DNA from: Lepidodermella squamata
Taxonomy: Eukaryota; Animalia; Gastrotricha
Direction: 5' to 3'
DNA length: 64,000 nt
NCBI GenBank assembly: GCA_047495785.1
Contig: JBLDXI010000042.1
Coordinates: 1,054,001-1,118,000, forward strand
Shown: piece after piece, positions 37,484 through 49,102 of the stretch
Position numbering within the stretch: position 1 is the stretch's first letter
Layout: each line of letters begins with the position of its first letter
Notes under the pieces: generated by a model
Told to the model about the DNA's origin: nothing
What the model saw: the letters and a program-made list of their open reading frames with translations, nothing else
The model's database searches: none
Translations under genes and position numbers: made by a program

Positions 37484-38486
37484 GGCTTGGTCATTTCTAA
37501 ATTCTCTTGCGGCATTATTCCTTCTGCGTCACCTTGGATCCACATCGGCGTAACCTATGACAAGGAATCGCAGCAAGTAACTGCAATTTGTGATAGAGAT
37601 TCTGTCTCACTGCCGAATGCTACTCCTCCAGCAACTAGCATCGAAATGGATTTTGCTCTAGCTCCCTATTCTGGGATGATTTCGTGTTTATCAATTTACA
37701 AGCACGCCCTGACCGCTCAGCAGCTATGGATCCTCCGTAAACGATGTCTGCAAATCCCCGCCGGCCAAATTTGGTTGCCAACGGCTTCGAACAGCCTGCT
37801 GCCTTCAAACATTGCCTCATGGCCTCTCGTCACCGATTTTAGTGACATCGTTAATCCAAGAGCTGATGCCGTAACCTCAGAAACTGGCCTTTATCGAATG
37901 ACTGGACCTTTCGGAGTTGACAACTCTGCGTTCTACTTCAATTCAACGCAACCCATCACCGTAACAGCTGATAAGATCAAACTTGGCAGTTTCACCATTG
38001 CGTTTTATGCCACGCTGACGAATCAATGGAACAGAGTGCTTATCGAGTTTGCTTCGTCCGGGCAGTCGCCGGGTCTATCAATTCTTTCAAATACGGCCAC
38101 ATCGTTCATCGTCAAGTTTTCCGAGTCAAATCAACGATTGGTAAACTGCCCCGGGTCTTCGGATTGGCATTTCATTGTGATCGATGTCACCACAAGCATG
38201 CAAACTCTGGTATGCGATAGAATGAGAGGCGTTGCCTATTACACGATTAACGCAGTTACATCAAGTGGGATGTTTCGTTTGGCTGGGTAATTTTTGCCAT
38301 TTTCGCAAAAGCTAGGTATTTATCCGTATAATATATCCATCTGATAGGTCGTGGGCAAGTCCAATCACGCCGCTAATGGGTAGCATCGCTTGCCTGAACG
38401 TATTCGACAGTACATCAGTGTCACGTGATCAACTGCGTATCGTTGAAATCAACTGCGCCATTTACTCCATCCCGGCTCTGCAATAA
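37484..38486 (+). CDS. Open duplicate of the last two exons (LamG region) of L2, without its own 5' exons (L2b)
   Basis: Acceptor ACAG|GCTTGG is in the same phase as L2's ATAG|GCTTGG. The ORF is intact and collinear with 33226-34252, ending PALQ*. Confidence 0.6.
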
Positions 38487-39442
38487 AACGCAAACAAACC
38501 CTTTCCGACCCGCCGAAGTCTTCCAAATTAGGATAACAATTATATGAAGCCGTTTAGATAGTAAAACTGTGATATTGTGAGAAAATTATGTATGCATTTA
38601 TGCTTGCTGACTAGACTTGAATGTTTTCATGTCTGATTTATTCTGGCAATAAAAAGTTGAGCACTCGCTGGGTCAGATACTATACCATCATCTGGGGCAA
38701 AATGAATTTTTGGCGGTTTACTTCACATCGGATTTGTTGTAAACATTTCAGTCTCGAGCAGACATTTTGAGCTTAAATTCCATTTTCATCTGAAGTTTTT
38801 TTCTTTAATGTCGCACCTCATCAGCGATTATCTCAGCATACTGGTCTCGCACAAAAGTTTGTGGCCCGCCCTTAGGACTTGAGAGTTATTAATCGAGCAA
38901 GTACCGATTTGCCGCCAGGGACGCTTCAAATGCCCAAATAAGGAATCCGAGCACCAAAACATGCTTCCGAACTAGGAAACTCGACCACTCGACGCTCGAT
39001 TGCAGACACCAAATTTTTTCTTATTCATGTAGTATTAAACTTTCTTGTTACAGAAATATCCAGAAATACCATCGCCAAGTGAGGGTTTTAATCCTGGAAT
39101 ATATATTACGAAAATATGCCCGGAAACACTTAGAATAATAATGTCAGGGTTCAAATGCGGTCAGAAGCGCTTTCAGCCGGATGCAATAAATAATTCCTCC
39201 GAGGCGCGGAAACAGTTTGACAACTACTGATTTAGTGTTAGTATGACATCAAAAAAGCGATCAATAAACCGCCGCTTCCCTTTTAAAAGTGATCAATTGC
39301 CCAAAATCGCGCCACTTGTTTTCATGCCGGTGGTTTTTCTGCGACCGGAAATTTGACGGGAAATTGAATCGTTTAGCCACAGCGCAGCAATTCAGACGCT
39401 CCACTTCATTTGCGTATCATCTCAAAACGAGTTTAATTTTCA

Positions 39443-40734
39443 ATGGCGGTTTTCAATTTGCTTCTGTTCAATTTTTTGACGCCCGCAAGCGCTAATTCTG
39501 TTGGCGACGATATTCCACTCTTTAACCCAGATGCTGGCGAGTTTAAGGACCTGCTAATCACGCGTTGCCGTCTCGACAATCGCATTCGACCTGTCGCGAA
39601 ATTCGATGATACGGTGACCATATCGGTTTTGATGAAGGCTTACTTCTCTCGAGGAATTAACGAAGACGAACAGTCGTAAGAAACTCAAAAATATGAAAAT
39701 AAAAATGTTAAATTTATGAACGTAGGTTTTCGTTATATGGCGAATTCTCACTCCGATGGAATCACCCATGCGCCTCATGGCAGCACCTTTCGAATTATTC
39801 TCACATCAGAAACGTGGATTTCAAAGGTTCAGAAACTTGGACACCTATTATAACCCATATCAACGCGTTCGAAACGTCTACAATTGAGAGGTTCTTATTT
39901 TTAGAATTTGCCTTTTTTATCAACTAATTACATTTCGTTTATAGCCTGAGCCAAAGTGCCACAGTTGTTTACTTTCAAGATGGGCGGGTAACTATGTACC
40001 TCCAAACAACTTACAAAACCACCTGCAGTTTGAAGTGAGCTAACCAATGTCAAGCTAGATTCGAAAATAATATATTATGTCTACCTAGCTTCCTGAAATT
40101 CCCCTTCGACACGCAATCTTGTAACTTCAACATGGAGTCATTTTACAGCATGAAAATGACAGACTTCATCCTGCGAGAAGGGGGCATTCAAATATTGGGA
40201 GATTTTATGAATCCGAGTGAAATGTGGCTGCTGAATTCCTACAATGCCACGGTAGCTACGGGCCAGGCTGAGCTATCGGACTCCCTTAGGTACTCCCTTC
40301 TACGATTTACTTTCGAATTTGACCGCCGTTACGGATTTCATTTACTCACAATATTTTTCCCGAATATCTGCCTGCAACTGGTTCTGATCGCGGCTGGTTT
40401 CATGCCGCCGGAACACCCGGATCGACCAACATTTTGCATAACTGTCGTACTGGCCTATGCCGTTTCGCAATCGAGCATCAGTGAATCGATACCGAAATCC
40501 GCGGAAATTCCTTATATTTTGATTCTCCTAGCCGGTCAGATGGCGATTGCAGTGCTTTGCGCCATTTATTGCCTCATTTCGAATGATTTAGCCGGTAGGA
40601 AGAGGTTTCGACAAATTCAACCTAGCCCTATGAAAATGAGCATCATTCGTTTCATCGATTGGGTCGTTTTTGGATTCATCGCACTTTCCACTCTGTTAAT
40701 TGATGTTGTAGTTCTGACACTGATGATCAGGTGA
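39443..40734 (+). CDS. Divergent Cys-loop LGIC copy C (4 exons)
   Basis: Signal peptide, RPV, GINEDEQS|FS, WTP, spliced Cys-loop CSLNFLKFPFDTQSC and four TM helices with a ~20-aa M3-M4 loop. All splices are in frame. Confidence 0.9.
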
Positions 40735-41087
40735 AAAAACATGTGATGAACAAGTAAAATTAACCTGAGCATTGCGGTCTGACTTCAGCTATTGTGCGCC
40801 GAAATTTTGCCAAGGTTATGGTGATGAATTTTTCGGGAACTCCGAAATTTCGAACGTCCAGCGGTTTCCCCTTCATCTTCTAGGAACATTGCACTTCTAC
40901 ATTCTCTTACATTCTGTACATTAAAATACATGTTCAAAAAGTTCATAAGTGCTGGATTATGCATTCCTACACAAGCATGGTCAAATTTTGCCATGGAGAA
41001 ACACATGTTTCTCTATGGTTAGAAATATTTCTCTATGGCAACCAATAATCTCTCTATGGCTTGAAACTGCCACAAAATTGGGTCACA

Positions 41088-42442
41088 TTTTTTTCAACAT
41101 CAAATTTACTTTTTTCAACATCAAATTACTTTTTCTATCATCAAACTCTTTTTTCAACAGCAAATTTCGATATGTTAATTTTTGCGATCCACGCTTAATA
41201 AAGCCCTTGATGATGACTGATCCGGAAAAATAACAGAAAATTTGGGAGATGAATGTAGTTTATTGCTGTCGAACCCGTTTATAAAATAATAAAAAATTGA
41301 GTTAGCTATAATTTTTCAAAGTTACGGACAAATATGTGATTTTTGGCCGGAGCCAGTTCGAAAGAGTCCTGCAATGAAATGAAAATTTCAAAACACTGAA
41401 GAAATTTTTATTCAGTTTTTCCCTTACATTGAACGAGAAATCTGATCGTGCAGTAGGACTCAGAATATCAGCGCCCCGTCCACGATCCCTGCCGCGACCT
41501 CGGCCTCGTGGTTGTTGCTCTTGAGCGGTTTGCGGTCGAACATGAACTCGCCCTCGCCCGCGTTGTAGCTCACCCGATGACAGCGTTTCTGAGCATTCAA
41601 CAGGATGATTCGATGACGAGCGGCCTCGGCGACAGCCCCGCGGATTTTGAACCAGATCCCGAGTGTGATGTTCTGTGGGCGGTTGGTTTTGAGCCGTTGG
41701 ACAAGCGGAAAATGGTCTGCCGCGACTACGACCACGTAGCGACTCGGCTGGGGCAAAGCCAACGCCGACGAGTTCGCTTGACGCCGATTGACCGCGCCCC
41801 CGACCACGACCACGACCTCGTGCTGAGCTGGCATGAACTTCAGGGACTTCGACCGGTTCGTCGGCGGGCAGAGTTGACGCTGATCGGCCCCGACCACGAC
41901 CACGACCACGACCACGTGCTGAATCCGTTGTAACTGCAGCAGTCGGAGTACTCGACACCGGGCGGGTGGATGCCGGTCTTCCCCGACCAGGCGGCCTTCC
42001 ACGGCGACCTCGGCCACGTCCACGCAGTGTGCGACTTTCAGGGGGGATGGGGGGGGGGGGGGATCATCCCCCCCAGCTCGGCCGGGCCAGACAACAAAAT
42101 GAGAATTTATCCCACGGTTTTGTTAATTTTGAGAGGTTGTCGAGACTTTTCTTCGATTCGACCGAACAGCTGCATCGAGACACTTTACGGCGCAATCGTA
42201 ACAAAAAAATCACGCGCCAAAAATCAATTGTTGAAATGACCACCTTTGTTCGTTGGCCTGGCACGAGTCTAGGCCCCGCTTTCATCACCCGAGGTCATAA
42301 GCACTTCAAATACACAACTTCATCTTGAAAGTATATTTTTCCTTATAAAATAATTATTTCTGAAGTTTGCTGTTGAACAAAGAGTTTGATGATAGAAAAA
42401 GTAATTTGATGTTGAAAAAAGTAAATTTGATGTCAAAAAAAA
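41088..42442. mobile_element. TIR element with tandem-subrepeat termini carrying an Arg/Gly-rich (GRGRGRG) ORF on the minus strand
   Basis: 41088-41168 is the reverse complement of 42362-42442 (TTTTCAACATCAAAT units). The interior is GC-rich and contains ORF 41302-41958. Confidence 0.65.
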
Positions 42443-43208
42443 TATTTTCCACAAAATTGGGCAGCATTTTGCTCGGAATTGGCCTCAAAACCCCCAGAAA
42501 TCCATTTTCTCGATATTCTCACTAGAACAGCGAAAAAGCATTTTATTTAAAAGCAATATCACGTGCAAAAATGAAAATTTGAAAAATGAGGCGAAAAACG
42601 AGGTCGTCGAAATATATTGCTGGCAGCTGTCGCGAAACCTCTCTGGAACCCCTCGATTTGTTTGGCTGTGCCTAACTCGCTCGGGGTTCCAGATCGGGGG
42701 GAAATTATATTTCTCCATGGTTTGCCATAGAGTATTCCCTTATTATGGCGTTGCATCCCTTATCATTATTTGCTCATCACGCAAACGTAACATTTGCCTT
42801 TCCGATTTCGCTCGAATAGCTCGAATAGAACTATAAGGCAATCCTATAAGACTCCAGAGGCGCAAAGAGCCAATCTTTTATTTATTCCTATTCAATCGGC
42901 TAATATTTATGTTAGAAGCGAGAAAGGTTCGGCAACTACCAACTACTGATAGTTAATATTATAATATCTAAAATAGTACAACTTATGAATTATGAAATCA
43001 AATAATAAAAAAGCTTACATTTCGCTGCGATATGCTTTTCAGCTGAGCAAACAACCAATCTCGCTTTACCGAAATGTTGCCAAGCTAAAGATACACACCA
43101 CATAGCATTGGTTTATTCTACGACAGGAAATTTGACAGGAGATCATTATACTCATTCACACCGCTGCATTACCCAGTTTGTACCTCCCATGTCATACAGA
43201 TTTTTTCA

Positions 43209-44508
43209 ATGACATTTTTCTGTTGGATTATTGTCCAATTTTTTATATCAGTCGCTTCTGCTGCTATCGACGAGCAGATTCCGTTTTTCAGACCAGATGC
43301 AGGCGAGTTGAAGAACCTGCTCATCTCTCGTTGCGGCCTCGATAAACGCATTCGGCCGGTGGCAAAATTCGATGAAACAGTTTCAATATACGTTGCGATA
43401 ACGCCTTACTTCTTTCGGGGAATTAACGAAGACGAACAATCGTAAACTATTTTTAAGGATTTATAAATCGAATTTTATTGAATTTGAAATTTGAATCCAG
43501 ATTTTCGTTTTATGGCGAATTGTCACTTAGATGGAACCATCCGTGCGCGGCCTGGCAAAATATTTCAAATTATTCGCACATCAAAAACGTGGATTTCAAA
43601 GGTTCAGAAACTTGGACGCCGATCTTCACTCATACCAACGCATTCGAAATGTCAGCAATTGAAAGGTTTGAATGTAACGAACGCTTACAATCCCTTCGAT
43701 GATTGAGTTTGTAGTTTGAGTAAGAGTGCTACGGTGGTTTACTACTTTGATGGGCGTGTTACAATGTACTTTCAAACAACTTTCAAATCCAACTGCAATC
43801 TGAAGTAAGCCAAAAAGTCCGCAAAGCCTAATTTTCAAAATTGGAAATCTTCCCAGCTTCCTGAAATTCCCATTCGACAAGCAGTCGTGCAACTTCGAGT
43901 TGCAGTCATTTTTCAGCACATGGATGACAGAATTCCTGCTGCGAGATGGTGGCATTCAATTGCCAAGCGTCGCCGATTTTATAAACCCAAGTGAAATGTG
44001 GCAGCTGAATTCCTACAACGCGACTTATGAGACTGGCGAAACTGCGATAGCGGATTCACTTGGGTATTCAGTACTAAAATTCAAATTCGAGTTCGAACGC
44101 CGTTACGGTTTCCATTTGTTGACTATTTTGTTTCCGAATATCTGCCTACAGCTGGTTCTGATCGCCGCTGGTTTCATGCCGCCGGAACACCCGGATCGGC
44201 CAAATTTTTGCATAACTGTCGTACTGGCCTATGCAGTTTCGCAATCGAGCATCAGTGAATCGATACCGAACTCTGCAGAAATTCCGTACATCCTAATCTT
44301 CCTGGCAGGTCAAATGGCGATTGCAGTGCTTTGCGCCATTTATTGCCTCATTGCGAGTGATTTAGCCGGGCGAAAGCGTTTCCGACGAGTTCAAGCTAAT
44401 TATTTGAAAGTCAGCGTCATTCGTTTTATTGATTTCATCGTTTTCGGATTTATCCTACTAGCATCCGTTTTAATCGATGTCGTTGTTTTGACGCTGATGA
44501 AAAATTAA
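43209..44508 (+). CDS. Divergent Cys-loop LGIC copy D
   Basis: Same motifs and three introns as copy C, all in frame. Confidence 0.9.
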
Positions 44509-45178
44509 TAAAAATTGAAGTAAAGAAATTTAGCAGAAACTTTAAGTTTATTTTGCCAGTAAATCACGAATGAAACGTCCGGGTTTATAATGCTATAGTT
44601 CACCCTTTTCACCCCATTGTGCAAACTACAGGATGAGGGATGAGGCATATTTTAATGGTTTGTTTGCCTTTTCGAAGCTCCTTCTGGAGCCTGGATTTTC
44701 CCATCTTTGTGGAATCTAATGGCGAAACAACTTTCATCTCAAAAAGCTACAAACTATCATTTGCACGTTACATGTTTAAACCCAGAAACCCCTGTGGTTG
44801 GGAAGAGAAATCGATCAAGCTATTTTAAGGCTCATTACAAGTATCTTCTGCTTGGATCCTGTATCCTGTCGAATATTTGCGCATCATTAAAGATACAAAC
44901 TTACCTTTTCAATGCGATGCATTACATTACAACTGAGTAAACATATAGGATTTCGTTATTATCAGTATGAGCTGATAGTAAACAGAGCTGAGGCCGAATC
45001 ATTCGCTACACAACTTTCTCATTCGCGCTTGAATCGTTATTTGTTATTTTGCGGGCGAAAATTTAAGAGGGGATGTTCCAGTTCACTAGTTCCAAATCAA
45101 ATACACTAAATTTTCTTGAAATCGGAATTTATCCTTCTCAATTAGATTTTAAAGATTTCAAGCTGATCTCTATTAGCA

Positions 45179-46470
45179 ATGAAATACCTTCTCGCGTTTA
45201 TTACCAATTTTATATCTTATTCGGCTGCCGAGTCTATTGAAGACCAATTTCCGTTATTCAGGCCTGATGCCGGGGAGTTGAAGGAGCTTTTAATTGACCG
45301 ATGCGGCCTGGACAAACGCATTCGGCCTGTTGCGAAATTCGACGAAACTATGTTCATCAATGTCACGATAACCCCCTATTACTTTCGAGGGATAAACGAA
45401 GACGAGCAATCGTAAGAAAAAAAACAAAAAATCATGATTCCTGGTTTTTTCAATGTGGAATTTAGATTTTCGTTCTATGGCGAATTGCTGCTTAGATGGC
45501 ATCACCCTTGCGCATCTTGGCAACACATCTCCAATTATTCTCATATTAAAAACGTGGATTTCCAAGGTGCAGAAACTTGGACGCCGGTTTTCACCCATAT
45601 CAATGCGTTCGAAATGTCGGAAATCGAAAGGTTTGAATCTACGGATTCTTTCAGTCACTAAGAAGGTTTAGTGATTGCAGCTTGAGCAAGAGTGCCACGG
45701 TTGTCTATTTTTTCGATGGCCAGGTGACAATGTACTTTCAAACAACTTTCAAATCAACCTGTAGTTTGAAGTAAGGCTTGAACTATAAATAAATTCAATT
45801 ATCAATTGGAAAATTGTTTAGCTTTCTGAAGTTTCCCTTTGATAAGCAATCGTGTGCTTACGATTTGGAGTCTTTCTACAGCATGAGAATGACAAACTTT
45901 CTCCTGCGAGATGGAGGCATTCATATAGCGCGCGATTTTATAAATCCGAGTGAAATGTGGCAGCTTAATTCTTACAACGCGACGTATGCTACTGGTGAGA
46001 CTCAGCTGGCGGACTCACTTAAATACTCACTGCTGCGATTTACATTCAACTTCGAACGCCGTTACGGATTTCATATGCTGACAATTTTTTTCCCGAATAT
46101 TTGCCTGCAACTGGTTCTAATTGCCGCTGGTTTCATGCCGCCTGAACACCCTGACCGGCCGAATTTTTGTATAACTGTCGTGCTGGCATATGCAGTTTCG
46201 GAAGCAAGCATAAGTGAATCGATACCAAAATCCGCTGAAATTCCGTACATTATGATACTTCTAGCTGGTCAAATGGCGATTGCAGTGCTTTGCGCCATCT
46301 ATTGCCTCATTTCGAATGATTTAGCAGCGAGGAAGCGGTTCAGGCAAGTTCAGGCTAATCCAATGAATCTGAGCCTTATTCGGCTAATTGATCTCGTTGT
46401 TTTCTCATTCATCTTTCTTTCCACTTTTTTAATCGATGTCGTTGTTTTGGCACTTATGAAGAAGCAGTAA
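45179..46470 (+). CDS. Divergent Cys-loop LGIC copy E
   Basis: Same motifs and intron positions, in frame. Confidence 0.9.
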
Positions 46471-47318
46471 AGTGATATATATGAACAAATGACTGCTTTC
46501 AAGGGATAAGTGGGACTTGGCGAAGTTTTGTATTTTGTGAGTTTTGAATGCCAATTTCAATGGCAAAGAACCAGAAGTCGCACGATATCAAAACAGGCAG
46601 ATAGTCATCTGGATTGCTGAGAAAAAAACAAGCTTCGAAGTATAAGGAGGAGAATTTGCTTAGATAATTTCAACAGAATTTCGGCATTTTTATGAAAGCT
46701 CCTCTGTCTCTGCTTCAACCGTAATTGATAAGTCGTTTGGGCCATACTTTGAGGTTTCCCGACTTTTAAGGAGGATAGGATTATCCCAGAGGTCAAAAAT
46801 CTGATGATTTTCAATCCTCAGCAAAAACACTGAGTCTTGGAATTAAACAATCTTCCCTCTTCAAGTCAGCATACATTTTTAGATTTGTTGGATAAAATTC
46901 GCTCTAAATTCGCAAAACCCCATTGTTCAATTGTTAGCGGTCAAATAATAAAGGGGAATCGTAGAAGGGAGTGCTCCAAACTCATTAAATTAATATAAAT
47001 TGTGAACGGAAAGGCTAACAACACATCACCAATGTTTTATCGAAAATCGGCCCATATACGGATCTTGAGTCATTTTTACAGCTGATTAAACATCGTATTT
47101 CGTGTAAAAGCAAACATAGTTGAGATTGCCAAAGCATGACTTGCTTTACTCCTTATATTTTCTGGTAAATTTGAGGGAAGATGGATCTTAAGTTGTTTAC
47201 TTAATGTTTTGCCAGTTTTCAAATTATATTCATCTAAATATGAATAAAGCAAATATGCATTTATACAGCTACTAGTAGAATTCTACAAACATATATCCCA
47301 AGTTGGTCTCTCTTTGGA

Positions 47319-48616
47319 ATGAAATACTTGTCTTGGATTGTCCTTCTAAGCTTTTTAACTTATTCGGCCGCTGAGTCCATCGATGATCAACTTCCATTAT
47401 TCAAACCAGATGCTGGGGAGTTGAAGGACCTTCTTATTACGCGCTGCGGCCTCGATTCCCGCATTCGGCCTGTCGCAAATTTCGAAGAGACTGTATTCAT
47501 AAATGTGACGCTTGTGCCTTATTACTTCCGAGGAATCAACGAGGACGAGCAATAGTAAGATGACAATTGGTTTGATGTTTGAAATTCTAAATTTTCCAAC
47601 TTCATTTCAGTTATTCGTTCTACGGCGAGCTGTCACTTCGATGGAATCATCCATGCGCGTCATGGCAACACATTTCAAATTATTCTCACATTGATAATGT
47701 TGATTTCAAAGGTTCGGAAACTTGGACACCAATCTTTTCCCATACAAATGCCTTCGAAAACTCGGTGGTGGAGAGGTTTGAATTCTTATTAAATTTTTCT
47801 GGTTTTAAGAGTCTATCCTTTCTCCTTAGCTTGAGCAAAAGTGCCACAGTGGTTTACTATCTTGATGGTCGGGTTACTATGTACTTACAATCAACTTTCA
47901 AATCCACCTGTAATTTGAAGTAAGTTATAGAAATCTTGTGAAATTCGATATTATTTGAGAATTTTCGCAGTTTCCTGAAGTTTCCCTTCGACGAACAGAC
48001 ATGTTTCTTGACAATCGATTCATTCTACAGCACACGGCTTACAACATTCCTCCTGCATAACGACGGTATCGAAATAACGAACGTCGCCGATTTCATAGGC
48101 CCAAGCGAAATGTGGCATTTAAAATCCTACAACGCTGGATACGACACGGACGGCGTGAATGATGAGTTGTCTTATTCAGTGCTACGATTTACCTTCGACT
48201 TCGAACGCCGTTACGGTTTTCATTTGTTGACTATTTTGTTCCCGAATATCTGCCTGCAACTGGTTCTAATCGCAGCTGGTTTCATGCCGCCTGAACACCC
48301 GGATCGGGCTAACTTTTGCATAACTGTCGTGCTGGCCTATGCAGTCTCGCAATCAAGCGTCAGTGAATCGATACCGAATTCCGCGGAAATTCCGTATATA
48401 CTACTGTTTCTGGCTGGCCAAATGGCGATTGCTGTCCTTTCGGCTATCTATTGCCTTATTGCCAGCGATTTGGCTGGGAGGAAGCGGTTTCGTCATACCC
48501 TTGGTGGATATTACAATTCAACCGTCATTCGCCTGATCGATGCAATTGTTTTCGGGTTTATTCTAATTACCACGGTTTTTATTGATGTCGCTGTTTTAAT
48601 TTTAATGAACCAGTAA
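47319..48616 (+). CDS. Divergent Cys-loop LGIC copy F
   Basis: Same structure. The apparent TAG at 47553 spans the splice donor (TA|GT) and becomes TAT after splicing. Confidence 0.88.
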
Positions 48617-49102
48617 TAAAAATATTTTTTAATGCTTCGCTTTCAATTTGCTTTGTCTTTTCGAGGGCAATTTCGGCAGAAAATATCGCCACTCCCTTTG
48701 TCACGCTTGATTACTAGGAGGATCCTCGAACTGGGGGTATTTTCGGGCCCAAATTTTACGACCAATGTGGTGGTCTTTTTGTTGTTTTCCACCTTGGCGT
48801 GGGGTACGATGTCCCTCATTCCCCCCAGTACTTCGCGCCCTGCGTGCCGTAATGTTGCCGATTCTCCACCTCATGAGCTGCTAACCTATCAATTTTCGAA
48901 TGATTCAGGTTCAGGATTTATTTTCATTCGCTTTTTTTACAAATCATTTTCATTCAATATTTTTTTACAAATCAGGTCGTTATTTTTTTGAACCGGTAAA
49001 TACTATTCGATGTTATCGCGTGCCTTCGATTCATATTTTTTTCACGGCTTTTTCACAAATTCTCATCTTCATTCATCATTTTTTAACCGTTTGAATTTTT
49101 AG

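Noticed and set aside
41460-42328. Overlapping alternative ORFs (poly-V, DHDHD)
   Set aside because: These are shadow frames of the GC-rich CGACCA repeat.
47553-47555. Premature stop in LGIC copy F
   Set aside because: The TAG overlaps the splice donor, and the spliced codon is TAT.
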